From Escherichia coli (GTDB taxonomy: Bacteria > Pseudomonadota > Gammaproteobacteria > Enterobacterales > Enterobacteriaceae), in the NCBI RefSeq assembly GCF_022846255.1, contig NZ_AP025682.1: 64,000 nucleotides of DNA. One strand, given 5' to 3'. Numbering within the stretch: position 1 is the first letter of the stretch; the number at the start of each line of letters is the position of its first letter. Shown piece after piece: positions 35,698 to 50,315 of the stretch. A model generated the notes under the pieces. That model did no database searches and was not told where the DNA came from. It was given only the letters and a program-made list of their open reading frames with translations. The position numbers were made by a program, and so were the translations under genes.

Positions 35698-35719
35698 TTA
35701 CGTCTCGTTGAATAACGAA

Positions 35720-36181
<462 letters not shown>

Positions 36182-36210
36182 TCAAAGTCGTATTAATGGA
36201 CCGTGACCGA

Positions 36211-36757
<547 letters not shown>

Positions 36758-36763
36758 CAGAAA

Positions 36764-37177
<414 letters not shown>

Positions 37178-37486
37178 TTATTCAGCCTCCTGTCTGGGTC
37201 AGCCGAATCCCGGGGAGGCAAGGAACGTGTTAAAGGTCGGCTGAAAAATGACGCGTTATAGTACTGACATACCCCGCTAAACTCAAGGCCAGCCGACAAA
37301 TAAATCTCATCCTTCACCAAATCGTACTAACACGCTGATTTGAAGTTCATCACACTTCATCATGGTGTTTTTTTGAACAACTGCATCAGAAATGGTCACC
37401 ATCCACTTCTTTATCATTGATTAAAATTAAATCAGAAGATCACCACAAGAGGAGAGCACACAAAGTCAGCCGTCGAGGAGGTATCT

Positions 37487-37762
37487 ATGTTCAGCCGTGT
37501 TTTAGCCCTTCTGGCTGTGCTTTTGCTAAGTGCAAATACATGGGCAGCCATTGAAATTAATAACCACCAGGCCAGAAATATGGACGATGTGCAAAGCTTA
37601 GGCGTGATTTATATCAATCATAATTTCGCCACTGAAAGCGAAGCGCGTCAGGCATTAAATGAAGAGACAGATGCGCAGGGCGCAACGTACTACCACGTGA
37701 TTCTGATGCGGGAACCGGGGAGTAACGGCAATATGCACGCCAGCGCGGATATTTATCGCTAG
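37487..37762 (+). CDS. yjfY: DUF1471-family periplasmic small protein YjfY (YdgH/BhsA/McbA-like)
   Basis: 91-aa ORF with signal peptide (MFSRVLALLAVLLLSANTWA). Confidence 0.85.
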   Translation: MFSRVLALLAVLLLSANTWAAIEINNHQARNMDDVQSLGVIYINHNFATESEARQALNEETDAQGATYYHVILMREPGSNGNMHASADIYR

Positions 37763-37890
37763 CACCAGGTATAACCAACGAAACATTGCCATAGTTTGCT
37801 TTGCCCCCTTTTCAGGGGGCTTTTTTTGAAAAACGGCTGCGGACTTAGACCAGTTATCTCCCGAAGAAGGAAATCTCCGCAGCGCGTGTT

Positions 37891-38577
37891 TTACTTCTGC
37901 CCGTAATAGGCGTTGGGACCGTGCTTACGCATGAAGTGTTTATTCATGAGATAGCTGTCGATGTGATTCAGTTGCGGGTTAATGCCGCGGGCAATCCACG
38001 CCATTTTCGCCACTTCTTCCATCACCACCGCGTTATGCACCGCATCGTGAGCATCTTTCCCCCAGGCGAATGGCCCGTGCTGATACACCACAATTCCCGG
38101 CGTATGCAGCGGCTCGGCGTCACCCAGCGTTTCGATAATCACTTTGCCAGTGTTTAGCTCGTATTCCCCCTGCACTTCTTCTTCGCTTAACCCGCGCGTA
38201 CAGGGGATATCGCCAAAGAAGTAGTCAGCGTGCGTGGTGCCTAATGCCGGGATAGCCAGCCCCGCCTGCGCCCATGCGGTGGCATGCGTGGAATGGGTAT
38301 GGACAATGCCGCCAAGCGACGGATAACGGCGGTAGAGTTCAAGATGCGTCGCGGTGTCGGAAGACGGACGATACTCCCCTTCCACCACCTTGCCGCTCAT
38401 ATCAACCACCACCATATCGTCTGCTTTCATGGTTTCGTAGGCAACGCCGCTGGGCTTGATCACCACCAGCCCGCGTTCGCGGTCAATGGCGCTGACGTTG
38501 CCCCAGGTAAAGGTCACCAGCCCGTAGCGCGGCAGATCCATATTGGCTTCAAATACCTGCTGTTTTAGCTTTTGCAT
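37891..38577 (-). CDS. ulaF: L-ribulose-5-phosphate 4-epimerase UlaF
   Basis: 228-aa product from ATG at 38577 ([34 protein letters not shown]...), class II aldolase/adducin fold. Confidence 0.94.
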   Translation of the reverse strand: MQKLKQQVFEANMDLPRYGLVTFTWGNVSAIDRERGLVVIKPSGVAYETMKADDMVVVDMSGKVVEGEYRPSSDTATHLELYRRYPSLGGIVHTHSTHATAWAQAGLAIPALGTTHADYFFGDIPCTRGLSEEEVQGEYELNTGKVIIETLGDAEPLHTPGIVVYQHGPFAWGKDAHDAVHNAVVMEEVAKMAWIARGINPQLNHIDSYLMNKHFMRKHGPNAYYGQK

Positions 38578-39431
38578 TATGCCGCCTCCACCATGCCGGC
38601 TTTGGCCATGCGCGCTTTCACCCAATCACGCGCTTTCGCCACTTCTGCCGCCGGGTCTTCCGCCGTTTCGCTCCACATCTCAATCAGGTACGGCCCGCAA
38701 TAACCACTCTGTTTGAGCGTTTCGAAGCAACGTTCGAAATCCACTACACCTTCGCCAAACGGGACGTTTTTGAAGACGCCTGGTTTGGTGTCTTTCACAT
38801 GCACCGCGACGATATGCCCGATCCCGGCCTGCAACTCCATCTGCACGTCGTTGTCCCACGCCGACAAGTTGCCGATATCCGGGTAGAGCTGGAACCACGG
38901 GTTGTTAAGATAGTGCGCGTAACCCAGCGCCTTGCTGATGGAGTTCATCAACGGGTAATCCATGATCTCCATCGCCAGCGTCACCTGCGCGCGGCTTGCC
39001 ATCTCAACGCTCTCTTTCAGGCCGTCACGGAAACGACGACGCGTTTCGTTATTGGCTTCCTGATAGTAAACGTCGTAGCCCGCCAGTTGGATCACGCGAA
39101 TACCGACATCCTGGGCGAACTGGATAGCTTTGCGCATAATCTCCAGCCCCTGCGCCCGCACTGCGTCATCTTCGCTGCCCAGCGGGAAACGACGATGAGC
39201 AGAAAGGCACATGGACGGTACGCGCACGCCGGTTTCAACAATCGCGTTCACCAGTGCCAGACGCTGCTCGCAGCTCCAGTCGAGGCGCGAAAGGCGATCG
39301 TCCGTTTCATCTACTGACATCTCGACAAAATCGAAGCCTAACGTTTTTGCCAGTTGCAGTCGTTCCAGCCAGCACTCCCCAGCGGGGAGCGCTTTTTCGT
39401 AGATGCCAAGCGGGATTTGTTTGGACAACAT
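38577..39431 (-). CDS. ulaE: L-ribulose-5-phosphate 3-epimerase UlaE
   Basis: 284-aa ORF matching UlaE; stop overlaps ulaF start by 1 nt. Confidence 0.95.
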   Translation of the reverse strand: MLSKQIPLGIYEKALPAGECWLERLQLAKTLGFDFVEMSVDETDDRLSRLDWSCEQRLALVNAIVETGVRVPSMCLSAHRRFPLGSEDDAVRAQGLEIMRKAIQFAQDVGIRVIQLAGYDVYYQEANNETRRRFRDGLKESVEMASRAQVTLAMEIMDYPLMNSISKALGYAHYLNNPWFQLYPDIGNLSAWDNDVQMELQAGIGHIVAVHVKDTKPGVFKNVPFGEGVVDFERCFETLKQSGYCGPYLIEMWSETAEDPAAEVAKARDWVKARMAKAGMVEAA

Positions 39432-39440
39432 ATCCGCTCC

Positions 39441-40091
39441 TTAGCCCCACAGTTCAGCGATGGAACGTTTGAACTGACGTGCGGCCTCCACCGGAGAAGC
39501 GGCATCACGAATGCTGCGACCAGCGATAAACACATGAATCGGAATGCCTTTAAACAACGGCAGATCTTCCAGCGCCAGACCACCGGTGACGGTGACTTTG
39601 AAGCCCATATCGGAAAGACGTTTGATCGCGGTGATATCCGCTTCACCCCATGCCACGCCTGCGGCCTGCGCGTCACGGCTGCGGTGATAAACCACCTGCC
39701 CAATGCCTGCGTCGCGCCACTGCTGCGCCTGTTCCCAGGTCCAGTAGCCGGTCAATTCGATCTGCACGTCGCCATTAAACTCTTTTGCCACGTCCAGCGC
39801 GCCTTTGGCGGTGTTGATATCCGCACAGCAAATTACGGTCACCCAGTCAGCGTTGGCTTCGAAGCACATGCGAGAAAGGATTTTGCCTGCATCGGCAATT
39901 TTGGCGTCAGCCAGTACGATTTTGTGCGGGTACAGCGCTTTCAGGTCACGAACCGCACGCACGCCTTCGCCTACGCAAAGAATGGTGCCCACTTCGATAA
40001 TGTCGACTTCTTCGGCAATCAGGCGAGTGGTTTCGTAGGCGCTATCCATAGTCTGGTTGTCCAGCGCGACTTGCAACATCGGTAATGACAT
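39441..40091 (-). CDS. ulaD: 3-keto-L-gulonate-6-phosphate decarboxylase UlaD
   Basis: 216-aa product from ATG at 40091 ([36 protein letters not shown]...). Confidence 0.94.
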   Translation of the reverse strand: MSLPMLQVALDNQTMDSAYETTRLIAEEVDIIEVGTILCVGEGVRAVRDLKALYPHKIVLADAKIADAGKILSRMCFEANADWVTVICCADINTAKGALDVAKEFNGDVQIELTGYWTWEQAQQWRDAGIGQVVYHRSRDAQAAGVAWGEADITAIKRLSDMGFKVTVTGGLALEDLPLFKGIPIHVFIAGRSIRDAASPVEAARQFKRSIAELWG

Positions 40092-40104
40092 GTTCAATTC
40101 CTTC

Positions 40105-40569
40105 TTAAGCTGCCGCGTTGGTGCGGTCAATGAGATCCAGTACTTCCTGCTCGGTACGGCAGGCACGTAAACGGTCGAAATTGGCTTCATCTTCAAACAG
40201 GTTGACGATCTGCATGATGCCCACTTCCTGATGCGTGTTGGCATCGACCGCCGCCATGGTGATGAGGATATCCACCGGATCGTTATCTTCGTGGTTGAAC
40301 TCCAGCGGCTTTTTCAGCGTCACCAGCGCAAAACCAGTTTTCTTAACCCCCTCTTCCGGGCGTCCATGCGGCATTGCCAGGCCGGGTGCGAGCACAAAGT
40401 ACGGGCCGTGCTGTTCAACCGCATCCAGAATCGCCTGGTAGTAACGCGGCTCTACCACATCTGCCGCTACCAGCAGATCAACGCCGATTTTCACTGCGTC
40501 CTGCCATGTCTCTGCTTCCGCTTGCAAGCGGATAGATTTATTTTCAGCCAGCGAATCACGTAATTTCAT
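40105..40569 (-). CDS. ulaC: Ascorbate-specific PTS EIIA component UlaC
   Basis: 154-aa ORF matching UlaC ([33 protein letters not shown]...). Confidence 0.95.
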   Translation of the reverse strand: MKLRDSLAENKSIRLQAEAETWQDAVKIGVDLLVAADVVEPRYYQAILDAVEQHGPYFVLAPGLAMPHGRPEEGVKKTGFALVTLKKPLEFNHEDNDPVDILITMAAVDANTHQEVGIMQIVNLFEDEANFDRLRACRTEQEVLDLIDRTNAAA

Positions 40570-40578
40570 GGCGCGTCC

Positions 40579-40884
40579 TTACTTCACGTCCTGCGGGAAA
40601 TGCTCTTTGATCACTTCCAGCAGTTTCGGGCCAAAATCAGCAGGAGAGAGCATGTTGCGCACGCCAACCACATATTTGTTGCCGGTCACGGTGATTTCGC
40701 CCGCAATATGGGTAGAAGCGATGATGATATCCGCACCGCTCAACTCGCTTTTGTATTCGCCAACCGCGCAGCTGTTTACCGTGTGGTCGATGTTCGACTG
40801 GGTTAAAAACTGGTCCACTTTCATTTTCATGATCATGGAACTGCCTTGTCCGTTACCACACACAGCCAGAATACGTACGGTCAT
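40579..40884 (-). CDS. ulaB: Ascorbate-specific PTS EIIB component UlaB
   Basis: 101-aa product ([23 protein letters not shown]...) with phospho-Cys motif CGNG. Confidence 0.94.
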
Positions 40885-40899
40885 AATCAAAACTCCTTA

Positions 40900-42651
<1,752 letters not shown>

Positions 42652-43716
42652 ATGAGTAAAGTGAAAAGTATCACCCGTGAGTCCTGGATCCTGAGCACTT
42701 TCCCGGAGTGGGGTAGCTGGCTGAATGAAGAAATTGAGCAAGAGCAGGTCGCACCTGGCACTTTCGCAATGTGGTGGCTCGGCTGTACCGGGATCTGGTT
42801 GAAATCAGAAGGCGGTGCCAACGTTTGTGTTGATTTTTGGTGCGGTACTGGCAAACAAAGCCACGGTAACCCGTTAATGAAACAGGGTCACCAGATGCAG
42901 CGCATGGCTGGCGTGAAAAAACTGCAGCCAAACCTGCGCACCACCCCGTTTGTTCTTGATCCGTTTGCGATTCGCCAGATCGACGCGGTACTGGCGACTC
43001 ACGATCACAACGATCATATCGACGTTAACGTCGCTGCTGCCGTGATGCAGAACTGTGCTGATGACGTACCGTTCATTGGACCGAAAACCTGCGTTGATTT
43101 GTGGATTGGCTGGGGCGTACCGAAAGAGCGTTGCATCGTCGTTAAACCGGGCGACGTAGTGAAGGTAAAAGACATTGAAATTCATGCACTTGACGCTTTC
43201 GACCGCACGGCACTGATCACCCTGCCTGCCGATCAAAAAGCAGCTGGCGTACTGCCGGACGGCATGGACGATCGCGCGGTGAACTATCTGTTCAAAACCC
43301 CAGGCGGTACCCTGTATCACAGCGGCGATTCCCACTACTCTAACTACTATGCAAAACATGGTAATGAGCATCAGATCGACGTGGCTTTAGGTTCATACGG
43401 CGAAAACCCACGCGGTATTACCGACAAAATGACCAGTGCTGATATCTTGCGTATGGGCGAAGCGCTGAATGCGAAAGTAGTGATCCCGTTCCACCACGAT
43501 ATCTGGTCAAACTTCCAGGCCGATCCGCAAGAGATCCGCGTGCTGTGGGATATGAAAAAAGATCGCCTGAAGTATGGCTTCAAGCCGTTTATCTGGCAGG
43601 TCGGCGGCAAATTTACCTGGCCGCTGGATAAAGACAACTTCGAGTACCACTATCCGCGTGGTTTCGATGATTGCTTCACTATTGAACCAGATCTGCCGTT
43701 CAAGTCGTTCCTGTAA
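42652..43716 (+). CDS. ulaG: L-ascorbate-6-phosphate lactonase UlaG (metallo-beta-lactamase fold)
   Basis: 354-aa product from ATG at 42652 ([21 protein letters not shown]...) with HDHNDH metal-binding motif. Confidence 0.95.
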   Translation: MSKVKSITRESWILSTFPEWGSWLNEEIEQEQVAPGTFAMWWLGCTGIWLKSEGGANVCVDFWCGTGKQSHGNPLMKQGHQMQRMAGVKKLQPNLRTTPFVLDPFAIRQIDAVLATHDHNDHIDVNVAAAVMQNCADDVPFIGPKTCVDLWIGWGVPKERCIVVKPGDVVKVKDIEIHALDAFDRTALITLPADQKAAGVLPDGMDDRAVNYLFKTPGGTLYHSGDSHYSNYYAKHGNEHQIDVALGSYGENPRGITDKMTSADILRMGEALNAKVVIPFHHDIWSNFQADPQEIRVLWDMKKDRLKYGFKPFIWQVGGKFTWPLDKDNFEYHYPRGFDDCFTIEPDLPFKSFL

Positions 43717-43823
43717 TCTGTCGCTTGTACCGGATAGCGTGGAGATGCTCGCGCTATCCGGCATAGTATTTCCTGGCTATTTCAAATATCATCTAAAAAA
43801 ATCAAATTTTATCGGAATAGCTC

Positions 43824-44579
43824 ATGACTGAAGCACAAAGACATCAAATCCTCCTGGAAATGCTCGCACAATTGGGCTTTGTGACCGTTGAGAAAGTCGT
43901 TGAGCGTCTGGGAATTTCGCCTGCCACTGCACGACGCGATATCAATAAACTTGACGAAAGCGGCAAACTGAAAAAAGTGCGCAATGGCGCAGAAGCTATT
44001 ACCCAACAGCGCCCGCGCTGGACGCCGATGAATCTGCATCAAGCGCAGAATCACGATGAAAAAGTACGTATTGCTAAAGCGGCCTCGCAGCTGGTTAATC
44101 CGGGCGAAAGCGTAGTCATCAACTGCGGCTCCACCGCGTTTCTGCTTGGGCGGGAAATGTGTGGCAAGCCAGTGCAAATCATCACTAATTATCTACCGCT
44201 GGCAAATTACCTGATCGATCAGGAGCATGACAGCGTGATCATTATGGGCGGACAGTACAACAAAAGTCAGTCCATCACTTTAAGCCCGCAAGGCAGCGAA
44301 AACAGTCTCTATGCCGGGCACTGGATGTTTACCAGCGGCAAAGGACTGACAGCAGAAGGGTTGTATAAAACCGATATGCTGACGGCAATGGCAGAGCAGA
44401 AGATGCTGAGCGTGGTAGGGAAACTGGTGGTACTGGTTGATAGCAGTAAGATTGGCGAACGCGCGGGAATGCTTTTTAGCCGTGCCGATCAAATCGATAT
44501 GCTGATCACTGGCAAAAATGCTAACCCGGAAATCCTGCAACAGCTGGAAGCGCAAGGGGTCAGCATTCTGCGTGTTTAA
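43824..44579 (+). CDS. ulaR: DeoR-family transcriptional repressor UlaR
   Basis: 251-aa ORF ([45 protein letters not shown]...) with DeoR HTH. Confidence 0.95.
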
Positions 44580-45325
44580 AGATGCTGGAGGAAAAATGTC
44601 ACGGCAGCATCTAACGCCTCAGGCGTAATGCGGTGACGCACGCCTGGCTGCCATGAACAGGTTAGCAGTTTATCCCGCCCCGTCTCGCTTAAGGCCTGCT
44701 GCAAACGTAGTGATTCGTCGGCAGGCACGACGTCATCGTCAAGGCCATGCCACAGCAGTAGAGGTCTGTCACCAAGTTGTTCCAGGTGGTTTGTCGCTTC
44801 CCACTCTGCCAGCGGCGCGACAATGTTATTGAATTCATTCTGCTGTGCTGCCGTTTCAGGTATCAGCGGTGGAAACAGTGAACGGGCGAGCGATGTAAAA
44901 TAGCCCGATCCCATCATGCTGGCGGTACATTTTACCGTGGGGTGGCGAGCGGTAATTCCCAGTGCCGTCATCGCGCCCATCGACGCGCCACCGACTGCCA
45001 GACGGTCATCACGCAGCCAGTTTTCTTCGGCTATTGCCGCACGTAAGGTAGTGAATTCCTGCATACTTTGTAGCAAGATTTGCCAGAATTGATTTAACCG
45101 CCACGCTGCGTCGCCACTAAAACGGCTACCGTGATCGGGCGCATCCGGCATGATCACCCGCAAACCAGCCTGCGCCAGCGCAACGGAAAAATAGCTATAC
45201 ACCAGACTGGACGAAGTAAAGCCGTGATAAAAAATCACACACGGTAACGGGGTATCTTTTTGCCCGACAGGATAAGCATGAAGAACGGGAATATCTGCCA
45301 GCTCGCGTGATTCTATTTCAATCAT
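44576..45325 (-). CDS. yjfP: Alpha/beta-hydrolase esterase YjfP
   Basis: 249-aa ORF with GxSxG nucleophile elbow (GGASMGA); 3' end overlaps ulaR stop. Confidence 0.92.
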
Positions 45326-45506
45326 CTGTCTCTCCTTTTTGTCTGGTATGACATGAAGAAATCCTTAGCACAAGTTTCTGCTGGCGGTATTAGTTCATAA
45401 TGTTGAGATGTGGGTTACGCTTTCGTCACGTTTTCATTCGAAAATCGCGTACCAGGTAACAATTCGGGAACATTCCCCCAAAGTTAAATTAATAAGGCAC
45501 TACACT

Positions 45507-45836
45507 ATGGTTAGCAGGAAACGTAATAGCGTTATTTACCGGTTTGCCAGTTTATTATTGGTGTTGATGTTAAGTGCCTGTAGCGCACTGCAAGGTACGC
45601 CACAGCCAGCACCGCCAGTAACGGACCATCCGCAAGAGATTCGCCGCGACCAGACGCAAGGGTTACAGCGAATAGGTAGCGTAAGCACGATGGTTCGGGG
45701 TTCTCCGGATGACGCATTAGCAGAAATCAGAGCGAAAGCTGTCGCTGCAAAAGCTGATTATTACGTTGTCGTCATGGTGGACGAAACCATCGTGACAGGA
45801 CAGTGGTATTCACAAGCCATTTTGTACCGTAAATAA
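45507..45836 (+). CDS. bsmA: Biofilm stress and motility lipoprotein BsmA (YjfO)
   Basis: 109-aa product from ATG at 45507 (MVSRKRNSVIYRFASLLLVLMLSACSA...) with lipobox LSAC. Confidence 0.88.
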   Translation: MVSRKRNSVIYRFASLLLVLMLSACSALQGTPQPAPPVTDHPQEIRRDQTQGLQRIGSVSTMVRGSPDDALAEIRAKAVAAKADYYVVVMVDETIVTGQWYSQAILYRK

Positions 45837-45984
45837 ATCAGACAACTTACATAGTCAGCTTTACATTGCTTTGCGTCCCTATGCGTTTACCTGTGCACAA
45901 TAAATTACCGGCTGGAAGCTCGGGCGTTTATTACCGCGATGGAATGCCCTGCAACATGTGGGGAAACGAAAAATGGAGCTGACG

Positions 45985-46260
45985 ATGAAACAATTACTTG
46001 CCTCACCCTCGCTGCAATTAGTGACTTATCCTGCGAGCGCCACGGCACAGTCTGCAGAATTCGCCAGTGCTGACTGCGTGACGGGCCTGAATGAAATAGG
46101 TCAGATCTCAGTTAGCAATATTTCAGGGGATCCGCAGGACGTGGAACGTATCGTGGCGTTAAAGGCCGATGAACAAGGTGCGTCATGGTACCGCATTATT
46201 ACCATGTACGAAGACCAGCAGCCTGATAACTGGCGCGTACAGGCGATACTGTATGCGTGA
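45985..46260 (+). CDS. yjfN: DUF1471-family small periplasmic protein YjfN
   Basis: 91-aa product from ATG at 45985 (MKQLLASPSLQLVTYPASATAQSAEF...). Confidence 0.85.
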   Translation: MKQLLASPSLQLVTYPASATAQSAEFASADCVTGLNEIGQISVSNISGDPQDVERIVALKADEQGASWYRIITMYEDQQPDNWRVQAILYA

Positions 46261-46284
46261 GTGTCATCTACAGCAAATGAACAA

Positions 46285-46319
46285 TGCCGGATGCGGCGCG
46301 AGCGCCTTGTCCGGCCTAC
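46285..46319. repeat. REP element downstream of yjfN
   Basis: tgccggatgcggcgcgagcgccttgtccggcctac. Confidence 0.8.
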
Positions 46320-46376
46320 AATTTTAAAATATTTCATTTAGTTAATCGAAACCAGCGTCGCATCAGTCGTATACGC

Positions 46377-48002
46377 TTACAAACACACTCCTCCCGTCGC
46401 CCGCAGCAATAAATCATTCTGGATCTGCTCTGACAACCGTACGCCGCCGCGCGTATCTAACATCAACTTACACCACGCCTGCGCCATTGGCGGAGAGGCA
46501 TATTTCAACATTTGCGCACCGCAGCCCAGCAGGAATAGCTGATGAGTAATCTCTCGCCCCAATTCTTCAGCTGGCTTACGCAGCTGCTGCTGTAAACGAC
46601 GAACCGCGCGATCAAAATAGCGATCCTGCCCTTTCACTTCCACAAATGCTTCCGACAATAAGTCGTATACGCCCGCTTGCTTATTGAGAACGCGCAGCAC
46701 ATCCAGGCACATAATATTGCCGGAACCTTCCCAAATACTGTTTACCGGCATCTCCCGGTAAAGCCGCGGCAGCTCGCTCTCCTCGCAATAACCAATGCCG
46801 CCCAGCACCTCCATCGCTTCGGCCACAAACGGAATGCCACGTTTGCAGATCACAAATTTCGCCGCAGGCGTAAATAAACGCGCCCACAGAGCTTCTTTGG
46901 CATCGGCGCGCCGGTCCCACGCTCGCGCAAGACGAAACAGCAACGCCGTTTGCCCTTCAAGCTGAAGTGCCATGCGACTTAAGACATGACGCATAAGAGG
47001 CTGTTGGATCAATGGATTACCAAAAACATGGCGTTGATGTGCATGGTAAATCGCCAGCGAAAATGCACGGCGCATCATGGCATGGCTACCCAGGGCACAA
47101 TCAAAACGCGTCATCCCACCCATTTTCAGGATCAGACGAATTCCTTCCCCTTCCTGCCCCAACAACCAGCCAATGGCATCCTGAAACTCCACTTCGCAGC
47201 TGGCGTTAGAGCGATTACCCAGCTTATCTTTCAGCCGCTCGAGGCGAATCGCGTTGCGTTGCCCGTCAGGCAAAAAGCGCGGCACAAAAAAGCAGGACAA
47301 ACCGCCCGCGGTCTGTGCCAGCACCAGATGCGCATCGCTTTGCGGCACCGAGAAAAACCATTTATGCCCCACCAGCCGATAAGAACCATCGTCCAGACGC
47401 TCTGCGCGGGTGGTGTTGCTCATGACATCGGAACCGCCCTGCTTTTCCGTCATTCCCATGCCGATCAACAAGCCACGTTTTTGCCCACCTGGCAATAAGT
47501 GAGAATCGTAGCGATCGCTCAGCAGCGGCGTGGTCCAGTCCTGAAACGGCGCGGGTAACATCTGTAACAACAATGGCGTGGCGGCAAAGGTCATCGTTAT
47601 CGGACATAACGACCCAGCCTCAACCTGCGCATGTAACATAAAACGCGCCGCGCGCGCCACAAATGCGCCGGAGCGAGCGTCTTCTTCCCAGGCAAGATTG
47701 TGCACCCGATTGGTACATAGCGCCTGCATCAGCAGGTGCCAGGCGGGGTGAAAACGCACATCGTCCAGACGGCGTCCTTGCGCATCGTAGCGCAATAATT
47801 CAGGCGGATTCACATTCGCCAGCCGCCCCAGCTCAAGGGATTCAGCCGTTCCTAACTGCTGACCAATACTGGCTAGAAAATCGCTATCCCAGCCAGCACC
47901 TTCACGCGTTACCGCTTCGCAAAGCGCGCCATCAGACAGGTATAAGTTGCTGTTATTTAATGGTATAGGTTGATTAAAAACGGTGTGAGTTTGCCAGTGC
48001 AC
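46377..48002 (-). CDS. aidB: Isovaleryl-CoA dehydrogenase-like adaptive-response protein AidB
   Basis: 541-aa product from in-frame GTG at 48002 (VHWQTHTVFNQPIPLNNSNLYLSDGALCEAV...), acyl-CoA dehydrogenase fold. Confidence 0.92.
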   Translation of the reverse strand: MHWQTHTVFNQPIPLNNSNLYLSDGALCEAVTREGAGWDSDFLASIGQQLGTAESLELGRLANVNPPELLRYDAQGRRLDDVRFHPAWHLLMQALCTNRVHNLAWEEDARSGAFVARAARFMLHAQVEAGSLCPITMTFAATPLLLQMLPAPFQDWTTPLLSDRYDSHLLPGGQKRGLLIGMGMTEKQGGSDVMSNTTRAERLDDGSYRLVGHKWFFSVPQSDAHLVLAQTAGGLSCFFVPRFLPDGQRNAIRLERLKDKLGNRSNASCEVEFQDAIGWLLGQEGEGIRLILKMGGMTRFDCALGSHAMMRRAFSLAIYHAHQRHVFGNPLIQQPLMRHVLSRMALQLEGQTALLFRLARAWDRRADAKEALWARLFTPAAKFVICKRGIPFVAEAMEVLGGIGYCEESELPRLYREMPVNSIWEGSGNIMCLDVLRVLNKQAGVYDLLSEAFVEVKGQDRYFDRAVRRLQQQLRKPAEELGREITHQLFLLGCGAQMLKYASPPMAQAWCKLMLDTRGGVRLSEQIQNDLLLRATGGVCL

Positions 48003-48085
48003 TGTGTCTCCCTCCATCAATGGCAGTCACCCTTAGTATGGTCACTGCCATGGATTCATGACAGAAAGAGATTGCTAAAACATTC

Positions 48086-49249
48086 TTATCCAGCAATGTA
48101 ATGCGGAACGAAACGTGAGGTGTCTTTGGTGATCAACGTGTTATCTTCACGGATCCCCATTCCGCACGCTTCATCATCGACAATCCAGCTACCGATGAGT
48201 GTGTAGCTATCGCCAAATCGCGGCAGAGGTTGAAACGCCTGGTAGATCATCGGTTCATCGGCGTAATCACCATCAGCGTGGTCAACGACGTTATTCTGAC
48301 CGTCGAAAATGGTGACGTTTCCGCCTTCGCGCGAGTAAATCGGTTTACGCACATAGCTTTCGCCAGCGGCAATCTGCGGTTTTTCACCATCGAACCAGGA
48401 TGCAAGAAGGTTAGGATGACCAGGGAAGAAGCGCCAAAGCAGCGGCATTAGCCCTTTATTACTCAAGATACTTTTCCATAACGGCTCCACCCATTGCTCA
48501 CGACGCTTGCGCAGCAGCGGGCCGTTATCGTCACGCATCATCCACTCCAGCGGATACAGCTTAAATGCACGCTGGATGACATTATCATCAAGATCGGTCA
48601 GTACGCCGCCGACGCCCAAACCGAGCTCTTCAATGTAGATAAACCGAGACTCCTGCCCTGCCTGCTGGGCGCAGTCCTGCAAGTACAGCACGGTACTCCT
48701 GTCTTCGTCGGTGTCCTGACAGCAGCAAAAATAAAACGGTTCCCGACTGTAAAGCTCGCTAAAACGTGAAATCAGGCGTTCCTGAATGGCATTGTACTGA
48801 TCGGCATCACGCGGAATAACGCCGCTGCGCCGGGCATCTTCCAGCCACAACCACTGGAAATAAGCCGACTCGTACAATGAAGTTGGCGTATCGGCGTTGT
48901 ACTCCAGCAACTTAACCGGTGCATTACCACACCAGGCAAAATCCATCCGGCCATACAACGAAGGATCGCGTGCGCGCCAGCTTTCGGCGATCACATCCCA
49001 GTACAACGGCGGGATCGCCAGTTGCGTCAGGATCTCTTCATCTTTAACCGCGCGATCCACCACCTCAAGGCACATCTGATGCAGTTCCGCAGTCGGTTTT
49101 TCGATCTGCTCTTCAATCTGGCGCAGAGTAAAACGGTAAGCCCGACTCTCATCCCAATAGATTTCATTGTCGATGATATGAAAGTCAAATCCGTTATCGG
49201 CGGCAATCCGGTCCAGATCCCGCCGCACAGGAACGTTGTGTCTCAGCAT
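48086..49249 (-). CDS. yjfC: Glutathionylspermidine-synthase-like protein YjfC (ATP-grasp)
   Basis: 387-aa product from ATG at 49249 (MLRHNVPVRRDLDRIAADNGFDFHIIDNEIYWDE...) preceded by GGAGG. Confidence 0.9.
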   Translation of the reverse strand: MLRHNVPVRRDLDRIAADNGFDFHIIDNEIYWDESRAYRFTLRQIEEQIEKPTAELHQMCLEVVDRAVKDEEILTQLAIPPLYWDVIAESWRARDPSLYGRMDFAWCGNAPVKLLEYNADTPTSLYESAYFQWLWLEDARRSGVIPRDADQYNAIQERLISRFSELYSREPFYFCCCQDTDEDRSTVLYLQDCAQQAGQESRFIYIEELGLGVGGVLTDLDDNVIQRAFKLYPLEWMMRDDNGPLLRKRREQWVEPLWKSILSNKGLMPLLWRFFPGHPNLLASWFDGEKPQIAAGESYVRKPIYSREGGNVTIFDGQNNVVDHADGDYADEPMIYQAFQPLPRFGDSYTLIGSWIVDDEACGMGIREDNTLITKDTSRFVPHYIAG

Positions 49250-49251
49250 GA

Positions 49252-49890
49252 TTAGCCTCCCCAATGCCCACGGGCGCTGGAAGAACGACCATAGCCGCCG
49301 CGAGAAACGGTTGACGCTTTTTTGGTGGTAAAGCCGCCCGAAGAGTAAGACTCTTTTTTGCCAGAACCGGAGCGCCAGGAGTAATCACCGGAAGTGTTGC
49401 GCCAGACGGGGCGGGAAGCAAATGAGGATCCGCCGCTGTTATAGACGAACGGCTCATCGCGATCTTTACGAATAACCCGGCTTAACAAAAATCCAGAAAC
49501 GACCGGGATCCAACTCTGTTCAACATTGTCGTAGTAGCAATTTTCGTACTTAGACTGACAATTCTGCTGAGTCATATTCTTCGGAACATCGGCATAAAAC
49601 GCCGCTTTGGCGTTGTTCCAGCCATGAGCACAGATATCTGAATTATTACCATCATCAATACAATCCTGCACAGTCGCGTAAAACGTTCCGTCGCCGTCGT
49701 TATCGACATCGCCACTATCGCCACAACCTTTCAATACGAAAAAAGCGGCACCGCTCATTAGTGCCAACGTTAAGTATTTTTGTGCGTAGCGATTGCGGCG
49801 CGGCTCAAAAGGATTATGCGGTCTACCAATGCGACTGATTGCCCCATGTCCGATATTTTTGTTATTTCTGGATTTGCGTTTTCTGGCCAT
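49252..49890 (-). CDS. yjfM: DUF1190-family protein YjfM
   Basis: 212-aa ORF with N-terminal basic stretch, TM segment and Gly/Ser-rich C-terminus. Confidence 0.88.
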   Translation of the reverse strand: MARKRKSRNNKNIGHGAISRIGRPHNPFEPRRNRYAQKYLTLALMSGAAFFVLKGCGDSGDVDNDGDGTFYATVQDCIDDGNNSDICAHGWNNAKAAFYADVPKNMTQQNCQSKYENCYYDNVEQSWIPVVSGFLLSRVIRKDRDEPFVYNSGGSSFASRPVWRNTSGDYSWRSGSGKKESYSSGGFTTKKASTVSRGGYGRSSSARGHWGG

Positions 49891-49899
49891 GATCGTCCA

Positions 49900-50298
49900 T
49901 TACCATGTCATACAAGCTGCGTTAAAAATACCGCCAGCCAGCGCGGCGGTTCCCATAAACATTCCTGCTGCGGTATTGTGATTAATAATTTTTTCGCTTA
50001 ATGCGGGCATATAAAGCCTGACGCCAGCAAAAACGAGTAATTGAATCACCAGAGCAATCCCGCCCCATGCGAAATAGTCTGGAATACTCACCGCATTGAT
50101 TGCCGCACTGGATAAGGGGATCACGTACCCCAACAATGTTCCGCTGAACGCCAGTGCCGCCGCGGTGTTATTGTTTTTGATTAACTGCCATTCGTTGTGC
50201 GGTGTAATTTTGGAGTAGATAAACAGGAAAATAATCACCATCGCCACGCCAATAAAAAAATAAGCGCTAAAGACAAGAAGTGAATCCAGTATATGCAT
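49900..50298 (-). CDS. yjfL: UPF0719 inner-membrane protein YjfL
   Basis: 132-aa product from ATG at 50298 (MHILDSLLVFSAYFFIGVAMVIIFLFIY...) preceded by AAGGA. Confidence 0.88.
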   Translation of the reverse strand: MHILDSLLVFSAYFFIGVAMVIIFLFIYSKITPHNEWQLIKNNNTAAALAFSGTLLGYVIPLSSAAINAVSIPDYFAWGGIALVIQLLVFAGVRLYMPALSEKIINHNTAAGMFMGTAALAGGIFNAACMTW

Positions 50299-50315
50299 CG
50301 TAAACGTCCTTGTAA

